Below the pieces are notes generated by a model. The model was not told the DNA's origin and made no database searches. It saw only the letters and a list, made by a program, of their open reading frames with translations. Positions 28,005-39,158 of a stretch of 64,000 nt of DNA are shown here, one piece after another. Source of the stretch: Pelomyxa schiedti. Its lineage: Eukaryota; Protista; Evosea. Numbering within the stretch: the stretch's first letter is position 1; each line of letters opens with the position of its first letter. Where the stretch lies: positions 62,001-126,000 of the forward strand of contig JAHLWZ010000798.1 of assembly GCA_020536535.1 (NCBI GenBank). Direction: 5' to 3'. Both the position numbers and the translations under genes were made by a program.

Positions 28005-29517
28005 TCAAACAAGGTGTTGGGCATTGGAGAAGCCTTGCACATAACCACTGGTTTTGACAGCATCAACGCGCCCTTCTTTCCCCAAGCCGTGGCCAGAGTT
28101 GTCGAATCGTTGTTTGTGTGCACCCGTGTAGTATTTGGGATCTTAAGGTAGAATGAGTGAGAAAACAAGCACAAAAACAGGGGACTACCAGTCAGGCGGT
28201 TCAGAATATCAGAATGGCCAGAGGTCTGGTGAAGAAAGGAAACACTAAGAGGAGCAATGAAAAGGTAAAGAAGGACATACTGAAGCAGTTGTCTTGGTTG
28301 CAGTCTTGGTAGTTGCAGTAGTACCCGTCTTGGAAGTGGGGCTCGAATGTGAGTCGTGAGTGCCAACTTTTGGAGGAGTGGTGGGTGTTGTGGCCTTGGT
28401 ACCAGTTTTAGGGGAAGTTCGTGTTCCAGTTGCTTTGGGCCCGGGGTGAGCTGTAAAACAATGTAAGTAGAGAAAGGTATTTGAGGTTTACAACCTTCCG
28501 GGAACCGGGACTTGTGTGCCCCAGTGTAGAGGTTGGGATCTGTTAATCTATCAAGGATGCCGGACTTTCCATTGGCAGGGTCCTGAGCAGCATTAGCCAA
28601 TAAACACGATCGAATAAGCCTTTACCTCTGGTTTGGAAGCTGATTTGTCGGGTTTCTCCTCAACAGCCTGAGGCTCACTCGAGGGATTTGTTTTATTTCC
28701 TCCCGAGGCATCCGAATGCTCCGATTTTGGAGATTCTGGATCTGAAGGGGATACTGAAGTGGAACTCTCCTTTGTGGATGGCTCCTTGGTAGGGGACGAC
28801 TTTTTACTGTCAACAGCTGCCTCAGTGTGTGATTCCACTTGCCCTTGGGATGAGGGCGGCTGATGCTTTGGTTGTGTGGTTGTTGTTGGGGTGGTTGTTG
28901 CACTCTTGACTGTAGAGGCAGTTTTCGAAGTCGTTTTAGAAGTCGTTTTAGAAGTTGCCCCCGTTTTACTAACATTTGAGGTTCCGGTAGTTGTTTTGGT
29001 GGCAGTTTTTCCTGTGGTTGTGGAAGTCTTAGTGGGAGACGTTGTCTTAGGTGCCGTCTTCACAGAAGAAGGGGAAGAGGTTTTGGTTGCAGGAGTTGCC
29101 TTTGTCGTCGTTTTGGACGCGCTTAGGGTAGACGGATGAGTGGGCTTTACTACAGTGGTACTGTTGGCCTTGGGGTGCTCCAGCAAAGTATGAACATTAC
29201 TGAAACCAGCTACGTAGCCCGTCTCCGTGTGTCTCTCTTCTCTTCCGTCGATACCTGTGACAGTATTCGAAAAAAAAGAAACACGCGGAGCAGTACTACG
29301 AGTCTTCAAAAATGATATATACCAAGTCCTTCACCGCCGTCTCCGAAGCGTTGTTTGTGTGCCCCAGTATATTTAGAGGGGTCTGTAAGTCTGTCGAGAA
29401 TCGAAGACTTGAAAAGAGTGAGGGGACTAACAAAAAAAAAAAAAAAAAAACCGACCCCGAATCTACAAAAAAAACTACGGAGAAACAACAATAAACGATA
29501 TGTACCTGCTGCGACAT
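28005..29517 (-). CDS. TPPP-like protein with three partial p25alpha repeats separated by T/K/S/P-rich linkers
   Basis: Spliced repeats [32 protein letters not shown]...[26 protein letters not shown] and [34 protein letters not shown]...SGYVQGF; ATG at 29517 (MSQQ|SSIL). Confidence 0.88.
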
Positions 29518-29644
29518 GTACGTTTACTACAACGAGCTGTTGGCGTACTGGTTTTTTTTTTTTTTTTGTTGCGGTGTTCCTTTTTTGAAATGTCAAGCAA
29601 CGTTCCGGCAAATTGATCACCCAATTTCGCACCAACGTCCGAAA

Positions 29645-30890
29645 ATGGGACAACGTTATTCGGCTGTGGCTGTGCGGCAGAGTCTGACTGATGTATCGCG
29701 TGACGTGGTGCATTCACTAGATACAGACAGGTGGTATGACGTCGTGTGCAAGCTGGCGTCGTGGGACCGGTATTCTTTAAACTCCAAAGTACGGTCGGTT
29801 TATCGTATCGTCACTGTGAAGCGGGAGTCTTCTAACTTCGTAGTTTTTAGAGTATGGCTGAGGTGAGGGAATACCTCAAGGGCATTATGGGAAGTATTGG
29901 AGGAAACTTGGTTTCTGACACACAAGAGGTTGATGTTTTGGGTACTCCTGGCACGAACATCATTGGTCGCATCAAGGTACTGCCACCGAACTCAATTAAC
30001 CGAAATTATACAAAGAATGTGACAGGGTGCACCAGGGAGTACGAAAAAGGTAATTGTTGGAGCACACTATGATGCAATTTCAGAAAACCCTGATGAACAA
30101 CCTGCTCCAGGTGCATTGGTATCAATCAGTTCTGAAAAAGAAAAAAAAACCTTTTACCATTTAACGAAAATTAGGATAACGCAAGTGGGGCAGCTGCTGT
30201 CATCGAGCTGGCTCGAGCTTTCTCGAAGTTTCCAATCCTCTGAATGATGAGTTCATATTCTCATCTACCATAGAGTTACACCTGCCATGGATTTAGAGTT
30301 TATCCTATTTGATGGCGAAGAAGTGGGGTTTAAGGGTAGTAGAACCCATTCTGCTTCACTTGACAAATCCACGAAGACAGTCTTCATGTTAAACATTGAT
30401 ATCCTTACAGAAAATAATCAATCTAAAACCTGGATATGCCTTAATTTCTCGTTCACATACCATTGGCTTCAACCAGCCTGACCCTACATTATGTAAGCAA
30501 TTCCGTGCCACAGTACCTCTAGTAATAGCATGCTTAGTTGTGGAAACAGAAGCGCACAATGGAATGCTAGAACTTATGTTCCAACATGCAAGTGCCCAAG
30601 TTAGTTCACCAATTCCCATAAAGTTTCAACTGGACACATGGGGTTCAGATCACATGCCATGTATGCCGCCCTCGAAGTTTTTCCTCTTATCCTTGCTAGA
30701 TATTGCTCTGAAAATTCCAGCAGCCCTAGTTACATTTGAGCACTGCACCAGCTACCCGCACCACCACCATCACCTGGACCTCCCTAGTGCAATCAACAAA
30801 GCTGTTGCCGGTAATGTCATGCAGGTGGTGGGCTCAGTGCTCTGCCTCATGTGCTTGCAGTCTGAAGACTTCCATGACTACCGGCCCTAA
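29645..30890 (+). CDS. M28 family zinc peptidase
   Basis: NIIGRIK, VIVGAHYD, PGALDNASG, FDGEEVGFKGS, MLNID-TIGF, GSDHMP and a C-terminal His region. Confidence 0.9.
30399..30456 (+). other. U12-type (minor spliceosome) AT-AC intron, 58 nt
   Basis: 5' ATATCCTT, branch TGCCTTAAT ending 11 nt before the terminal CAC; removal joins G|AT to Asp, giving NIDTIGF and avoiding the TGA at 30479-30481. Confidence 0.88.
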
Positions 30891-31026
30891 CCTGAATCCC
30901 AATGCAACCAACCACAAACCACAAACCATACATCCATAATATAGACAATAGGGTATTCTTTTTGTTCTTGTATTTTTATCATTGTTTGATCAACAGCTCT
31001 CCTTTGGTTTGTGGCTTCACAGGTGT

Positions 31027-32147
31027 CTACTGGCGTTTATACCACCAGACATCCGCGTCTATTGGCCATAGTTTATGCACAATGAGAGCAACTAAGTCCC
31101 AGTTCAATCCTCTTGCCGGGCTTTTCACCCCAAGCCTGTGGTGCTGTGCACACAGAAGACTAAGGGCAGCAGGTCTGCGTGCACAGACTCCAATTGTTTG
31201 CCTCGTCTGACTATGCCACAAAGCGATGTATGTAAAGTCGCGGCCAACAAAATCCCCTCCAGTGGATATGGCCACATTGTTGAACCTTGGGTGCTTGATC
31301 ATTTCACAGGCAACTTCCCACCACTTCTCTGTAATTGCCCACTCGAACAACGTGATGGATGACCCTGGGGTGATGCAGCAGTGTGGATTGAATGTGTGGT
31401 GTGATGTTACCTTGAGCGCCACATTAGTAGTGGTAAGGCCCAGCATGGGAACTCTTCGGGAGCGTTCATCCCCAAAGTCCTTGGCAAAATCCACGCATTT
31501 GGTCGCATCAAAGTCAGGAATGTCAATGATTTGAAGAGCCGCTTTCCGCAAGTCATATTTCAGAACCATGGAAAAAGGACTCCTAAGTGACGTACTCCAC
31601 AGGGAGCGGAACTTCTTGTGCTTGATGATGGCAGCAACCACTTCTCTGCTGACAGGAAATTCACCTTCCCGCGCGGCGCTCATCATAGCATAAAAGTGTT
31701 CCATTGCCGAGAACCTCTCCGTCTTTGCCAGCGCAATAGCAACGGCATTGCGACTTTGACGTAGGCATTCAAGAAACAGCGAGCCTGCCTTGCCACTGAA
31801 CATCGCGTTTGGGTCGAAATTGGGGTGCTTCACCAGCCCCAACAGTTGAGCTGTCCTGCTCGAGTCCCCTAGCCAGTCCTTGAACCAGCTAAGCAACTGC
31901 TCTGGCTTCAGGCTCCTGCTAGGGAAATTTGGGCTCGAATCGTCGTAGTAATGGTTCTTGATGTCTTGTTGCCTCTCTGCGTTTTACGATACATTTGCAT
32001 TAGCTCTTTGGCGTTGACCGGTAATGAGTAGAGAAATGAACGACACTGTTTCATACCAACGCCATATGAAACCAAGGAGCTTTCAATTGCCCTCCTCATA
32101 GCCTTCCTGTCAGCCTCATCTACATCTTGGTGGTACCAACTATCCAT
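31027..32147 (-). CDS. Hypothetical protein with ankyrin-like helical repeats
   Basis: 289-aa ORF plus a 5' exon (MDSWYHQDV...) joined by a GT-AG intron; repeated HPxF/FDxN motifs (KHPNFDPNA, IPDFDATK, KHPRFNN). Confidence 0.65.
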
Positions 32148-32360
32148 CAAAAGTCCTTCGCGTTTTCTTTTTTTTTTTTTTAATTTATCTGCTGTGGGTG
32201 AAATCCGTTTTTTGTTCTTTTATGCTGAATTACCTACTCGGGCTGGTTTCTGGTGTAAGTTGCCCGGAAAACGCCTACTTGAGTTTTCGATTTGGCAACT
32301 ACAACAAGCTTGCAATGTTTCTTTGTGGGTATGGTTTAAACAATCATTAGATGGTTCATA

Positions 32361-35300
32361 TCAGAGTTGTTGAAGAAGAGAGGCAAGGGATAGAATCTTC
32401 TCTGTTGCTTTCTGTGCAGAATGAGTTCCATGTGGATTATTTCTTTTTTTTTTTTTTGTAAACCTTGACTTCAGTTTGGGCCACACTCAGTTTTGTCTCC
32501 AGGTCTGTAATTTTTATGTTGAGTGTTTCTATAAGCTGTAACAAGTCGGAATTCCGGTGCTCTAGTTGATTGATTTTGTTCTCTAGTTGATTTGATTTGT
32601 TCTCAAGTTGCCGGTTTGCCTTGTGCAGGTCATCTCTTTCCTTCACAAGGTCTCTCCCCCTGTCAGTCAATTCGGAGTTTTTCCGTTCTAAGTCACTGCA
32701 TTGCTGTGACAATTGTCTGCATCTATTTTCAAGTGTTTCAATGTGGTGCCTGGATGCGTCATGTTGCTGGTTAATTAGCTGTCGTTGAGCTATTTCTTCC
32801 GTGTGTTGTTGATGCAGTTGGGAATTCTCTTGTTGCAGTTGCGAGTTCTCTTGTTGTAGTTTGGTCTCAGCTATGAGTATACTGGATTGTGTTTAAAAGA
32901 TATTTTAGAAGTGGAATAACACAAGACGGTTTACGATACTCTAAAAGGGCAAGAACTCTTTCCTGATCAGCCAGAACTACACAATAAGGAGTTAAGAGGT
33001 TGTGAAGACAGTATTGGAACTGTGGTACCTTCTTCTGCCCTTTTCGGTGTAGAGTTGAGTTCAGCAATATGGCTAGCAATCTGTGTCAGGACCTCTATGC
33101 TCTTCCATAGGTACATAGTCTGTGTGCAACATTCACTTACAAGTTCATTCCTCATTGCGGTGCACTTCTCTCTGTTTATTGGCTGGTCGGCGGTTAACCC
33201 CTCTAAAAAAACAAAGGAATGAATTGAAGTTGGAATAATTCCCCTCCCTCACTTATCACGCTGCTTATGTTGTCAACATATGCTTTGACGCGATTCACTC
33301 TGTTATTTCGTCTTTGTTGGTTTGTAAGCACAAAAGTAACAGTTAAAAGGACTCACTCTTCCACATCAGAACAGATCTTTTCAAGGGTGCCGAATTCTGA
33401 AGACGGTTACACAAACTCAAAAAACGACAGAGATACCAGGCCAAGGAAAAATGAGAGGTAGCAAATTGGAACACGTTTGTGAGTCTAGCTATTTGTTGTA
33501 AACAAAACAAACTCTTTATAAACTCACACCTGGGTCTGTTTTTCTTGAAACTTTTTATAATTCGCCACCAGTAGAGCAAATAATGGATTACTTTCTTCTG
33601 ATACCCTCATTTGAATTACGTCTCACAGCATATAGAATTGTCATACTTGTAGGCCTCTGAAAAGCCATTAATATAATCGGACATTTCTCTTTGTGAAATT
33701 AAATGGCATTTCGCTGAATAAAAGCATTCCTCCAGTAACAACTTCTAAGGTGTAGATTAAAGACTATTGTGCAGCCAAGGGACTACCGCTTTCTCGTTTG
33801 CCGAACGCACATCACTATCTGTTACATTGAGTCATAAAAAAAGATCAGGGAGAGGGTAGAGGAAAACCAGGGATCTCTTCAATGGCGCATTTATGCTGTA
33901 CGCCAGAGAAAATTGATGTGGATGTCAATGAGTCGAGCATGTAGACCTTGTTTCAGTGGGTTGAATGGAAAGAAAGGCAGAACCCACGTGCTGAACGGCG
34001 GGTTTTGAGATCGAGACTATTCTTTGTCTCTCTTGGGGGATTCCTGACCACTTTTCGATTTCTAACTGCACAATACCGAGTAAGTGAGGTAGACGGTATA
34101 ATGTACTTGTTTGACCTCACATGGCCTTTCTCCCTCCCTTGGAAATCTGTGGCATCGTACAACGGGAAGATCACAAGATTCTATGGGATTTTCTATCCAG
34201 TGCACCTGGGGGTTTAGTTTCAGAGAGTAAATGGACAGGTACACACTACCTGGCAGCAGTTTGGAGTGACAAAAGGGTGCGCAAAAAAATCAGCCCACGA
34301 AATTCTTTTATCAACCCTAGCAAAGAGTGAGGTCGAGAGGGGGGATTTATGTCATTATGTTATACGGTTGGACAAGGTGAGTTATAAGGGCTCGGCAGTC
34401 GTTGGAAATAGCCACTTCCCCAAACTGAGGAGTAGAGTTCTCTGTTTCCACACCCACCATCTTGGTGAAATTAGGTTGCTTAATTATATTTTGGTTGGTG
34501 TTTGAGACAAATTACTTGGCCCAGTGTAATTCCCAGTGACCTAAAAATGCATTGTCAAAATTGTTTCCAGGTGGATAGGGGCAAACCAAAGATCAACAGA
34601 ATCCGTGTAGCTGCCAGTCCACACTTCGGGCGGTATATATTTCTGTGTACCTTTCAGACAAGTGTTATTTGTGTAATTGTCAGGGGGGGAAAAAAAAACC
34701 TACCAACAACCGAGCTTGAAGTGGGTTTTGATACAGAAGCAAAACCGAAATCACACACTTGTAAAAAGATATAAGTTAAAGTAATGGAAGCCTGTGAGAG
34801 GTACACACATTTAATGACCACTTGGCTAGCTGGTGTGTGTTCCAGTGGATCAGATAATAAAATCTGTTAACCACGATAAGTGGCACACTGCAACACCAAA
34901 TATTGTACATACATTATCAGGCTTGATGTCTCTGTGAACTATCTCCAATCTTAAGTGAATACTGAGAAAAAAGCGGAAGAATATAATAGTAATACCCACA
35001 AGTGAATGGTCCTCAATGCATCAGCAAGTTGTGCAAACCACAGTGATAATATACCTTCTGGTTGCCGCTTTGATGCCACCGTGTAGTTTGCTAAACTGCC
35101 ACCAGAACAATACTCCATAACCACAATGTGCAGTTCGGAGGTGTCCTTAAGGGTGTCATTATGGAAAGTAGTAGGAGGGACGGAAACCCAAGACTCATGA
35201 AGGGCACAAATATTTTGATGTCTTGACTGTGTTAATATGTTCACTTCCTGCTGAAGGTACTGAAGGTAATTTTGTTATCAATTTATCACAAGTGCTGCCT

Positions 35301-35792
35301 CATTACAAGCGAAAATTGGGGATGATGCCTTCATTGCAATAGGCGGAATGACTGCTTTTTGGATCACTTTTAGTGCGACAATGTTGGTCTTTGTGCCCCC
35401 GAACCGCAGTGTATTGCGAGCATATTTGCATTTACGGGAAATTTCCCCTTCCCTCGTCGCCCGATACACCGTGCCATACAAACCACTGTTGCAACAAAAC
35501 CAATACTTAGATAAAGGGAAAAAAAAGGACAAAAAAAGAAAAAAAAAAAAAAAAAGGAGACAAGTGGAGGAAAAAAAAAAGGGGGGGGGGGGGGGGGGGG
35601 GGGGAAAGAGGGTGCATACGTCCCCACGAGGTCAGTGATTCTGTACGATAGGTCTGTCTTTGGCGACGTGAGAATTCTGCCTATCGGCAGCTGTGCCGGT
35701 GGCGCGATGTATGCCCCTGACGCGGCCGTTTTTAATTTCCCTGTTTTTCGTGGTTCGGCCCTGCCCAAGTTGTTGGCCACCTTCGTCCTCAC
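32361..35792 (-). CDS. Ser/Thr protein kinase followed by a ubiquitin-like domain and a long helical/coiled-coil region; start unresolved
   Basis: GTGLYGTVY, VALK, QQEVNIL, MEYCSGGSL, HRDIKPDN, DFG, YIPPE, DLWSLG, RISWADFFAHPF; then EIEKWSGIPQERQRIV...VYMLD; the frame can be followed by splicing into the coiled-coil ORF ending near 32361 (one junction needs a GAG acceptor). Confidence 0.72.
35581..35604. repeat. 24-nt G homopolymer flanked by A-runs inside a kinase intron
   Basis: Directly visible; the length is probably unreliable. Confidence 0.9.
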
Positions 35793-35882
35793 CGACTCTC
35801 AGTGGGACTCCCAACACTACCCTACCGGCGTAACATCAAGTGGCACGGGTTGCTTCTCCAGTCCAGAGACTCAAGGGGAAGT

Positions 35883-38800
35883 ATGGAGGATCACAGTTCG
35901 AAGAACAACAACGGTTCGTCGTTTAATGTGATGAAGGGAACGCAAGCAGGGAACGAGTGTCACGTTGCACCCGGGAGACGATATAGGGTCAATTTAGCAG
36001 GCAAGGGATTGATTAATCCCCCAAATAGCCTGTGGTCTTGTCACCAACCTGTATCTACACTCAACCGTGAGTGCTTTTTTTTTTTTTTTACTTTTGTTTA
36101 CTGCCTAAAAAACCCCACTTATGGGGTTTGACTTAGTGTCTGACAACAAGATCAGCTCCCTCAGTGCTAAGATATCTCTGTTAACATCCTTAACTGACTT
36201 GAATTGTACCTTTTAGCTTTACAAGCCCCAAAAACTAATTCACTTTCATGGCTTTAGTATCACGGAACAAGATTGGTACTGTTCCACCTGAAATTGGATG
36301 TCTCAACCAATTAGCCTTCTTATACTGTATGAGGCTTTGATGTCCCTCCTTTGTTGGTAATATGTTGTCAGTGAGTGAGAACTGTATCACTGCCCTGCCC
36401 TGCGAACTATGGAAGCTAAAACGTTTATCTAAACTTGGGTGTAAGTTCCGTTTTCATTATGTGTATGACCCAATCAATGGTAGTAAGCGACAATGCACTA
36501 GAATCTATTTCACCTCAAATCGGACAACTTACGAATTTAACTGATCTTGGCTGTATTACTTTCTTTCTGCAATTTTTTCCTCATACTCGTCCCAGTGAGT
36601 GGCAACAGATTAACAACAGTGCCTGCACAAATAGGATCACTTTTGAAGCTAGAAAATTTATTTCGTTTGTACAAAAATTAATTTCCGAGGTTTTTTCACT
36701 CCCGCTAGTATGGGGGAACAAACTGACAGGAATTCCTCCAGAAATTGGCAATCTCACACATCTATCAAAATTTTATAGTTTGTTGCACCTTACTCTCTCG
36801 TTACCTTTAACTTTATTAAATAGTAAGTAGGAATGAGCTGTGTTGTCTTCCACCTGAAATTGGAATGCTAACTGCTCTCACTAAATTTGATGGTATGTAT
36901 GATGTCCATCTTCCACCTATGGCTCAAAAATAAACTAGTTGCTGATAATGCACTTCATGCAGTCCCTTCCCAAATTGGCTTATTGTCCAACTTAGTGAAA
37001 CTCAGCTGTAAGCAATTTGCCAAGTCTGATATTACACAGTGAAAACCACATTTTTGTGACGTTGTTCCCTTATTAGTGAGTGGGAATTATTTGACTTCTC
37101 TGCCGCTGGAGCTTTGTTCCCTTCCCAGTTTGACTGAGCTATACCGTATGTATCCTCCGGATTTATTGTTTCTTACCCAGATATAGTTGGGCGTAACCCT
37201 TTAGAAGAGCTTCCGCCTAATATAGACACTCTCCAAAATTTACGCACACTTCATTGTATATCGTCCTTCGTTTTTTGTCAAACTAGACTTAAACTTAAAA
37301 ATAGTATGGAGAATTCAGTTAAAAGCGCTGCCTGAAAGATTCTTCAATCTGACGAATCTCAGAGAACTGGGCTGTAGGTTTAAAACTCTTTTTAAGCAGT
37401 TGACCAACAAGAAATTGTAGTGAATGATAACCAAATATCAGTTATACCAAGACAAATAGGGCAATTGCTTCACCTGTCTGTTTTATATCGTGTGTCATTA
37501 TTGTCTTTATAAGCGAAATAACTCTCGAAGTCGGTGATAATGAATTACTATCTCTTCCAAGTGAGATAGGATCTCTTCCTCAGCTATCTGCCCTTGATGG
37601 TTTATCTTTCTCTAAACGTCTGTAAATTTCTAATTCATTGCTAGTAAGTGGGAATAAATTGACGGAGATTCCGCCTGATATAAAAAATCTCGCTTCACTT
37701 ACCAAACTCAATTGTATTTTACTCTCTCCAGTCATTTACTCATTTCAGGTAGGTAGCCGCAATCTTCTGACCTCTCTTCCACCAGAGATAGGGCAACTTA
37801 CGTACTTGTCTGAGCTGGATGGTATTACAACCTCCCTCATTGAGATATCGGTACACTTACAGTAACAGTCAGTGAGAATAACCTTTGCTGTTTACCCGAG
37901 AGTCTCTCCAATTTAAAGTTGGCACTAATTGAAGGTGACATTTCCCTCTACCCGACTACTTACGAAACGTACCACAAAAGTTTCAGGGAATCCTTTCTTC
38001 CAGGCTGTTGATAGTACAACGTCCTCTTTACATAAGGAAGCGGACGAACTTGCTGAGCGGCAAGCTGAGGAGACAAGATTGTACCCAGCAAAACCGCAAG
38101 AACTCGAAAAAAGACACTTGGAGAACGACTCCTCCTCCGCAATCTCTATGCCCCAAGTCCCTACTGATCAGCCTACGGTTCCACCAAATGAACCTCTCAG
38201 CAACAACTCACCTCCACATGCAGAAAGCGCTTTTTCCGAGCAATCTCCCACAATACAAACAAGTTCAAGAAACACCACTGCCGATCAAAGCAAAACAACA
38301 GCTACACCTCTGCATTCTAAGCCTGAAGAGCGATTCTCAACGCCACCTAGGAAAACGAACAAAGAGTTTAGTGCCCATTTCTCCCAACCACACAACATTC
38401 ATAGTAGCCATGTCATTTCCTCCTTCAGGACGCCTCACCCACCTAGACCACACTGTTCTCCATCACTGTTCAAGTTAGCACCCCCATTTCAGTCATCACC
38501 TCCGCCTCCACGTGTAAAACAGTGCTATACACAGCATACCTTACAAACAGAAAGTTATCCGGAGCACTCTTTTCTGCAATCTGAGGTTTCTGACATCCCG
38601 CATTCCGCGCTTCTGTGCACCCCACTAGCAACCGCAAATTTGCCTGCATCCGAAACACCTCAAAGACCATGCACACCACCCCCTATTGTACCGCCACAGC
38701 CTTTGCACACAACCACCCGGAGACACACACCACACAAACCCAGTGGAACACCAAACAGCCTCCCTTCACCACCCCCATCTCCACCCCTGTTCTACGACGA

Positions 38801-39050
38801 ACAACTGGCATTCCGCCAAAGCAAATTTGAGGAAACAAATTCCAGCCAGTCACAGGAGTTTGTGGGCATCAATGCAACGCCTGTTGAATGTGAAGAAATA
38901 CTGCCGGAAGAAGTACCTCTTCTCAGTCTTTCGAACCCTTCTGGACACCAGTGCCTTGAGGACCCACACACAATTTTGTGGTATGCTATCGGGTTGAGTG
39001 CAATTGCTGCTGCTTCCATTATTTGTTTTTTCTTTCTGTTGTTCCACTAA
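35883..39050 (+). CDS. Leucine-rich-repeat protein (~16 LRRs of 23 aa), P/S/T-rich stalk and C-terminal transmembrane helix
   Basis: Repeats of type LxxNxLxxLPxEIGxLxxLxxL, one per exon; final exon 37987-39050 ends TILWYAIGLSAIAAASIICFFFLLFH*. Confidence 0.92.
36137..37821 (+). repeat. Array of 15 symmetric 69-nt LRR exons
   Basis: Exons start at 36137, 36258, 36372, 36484, 36596, 36709, 36824, 36939, 37077, 37187, 37305, 37421, 37531, 37645 and 37753; each is 69 nt and flanked by phase-1 GT-AG introns. Confidence 0.9.
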
Positions 39051-39158
39051 AACAAAAAAAACCTATTGAGCAATAAATAGTAGACACTATTTTTATTCAC
39101 GTGTCTCCACACGAGACTGTGATCAATGTACATTATGTGGTGCAGGGAGCTAATTTCT

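Noticed and set aside
35521-35610. A/G homopolymer tract as a functional G-quadruplex
   Set aside because: It is intronic on the template side, and long homopolymers occur in many introns here; its length is error-prone
36137-37934. The regular ~115-nt periodicity as a CRISPR-like or satellite array
   Set aside because: The period is explained by 69-nt LRR exons plus short GT-AG introns with no conserved DNA repeat
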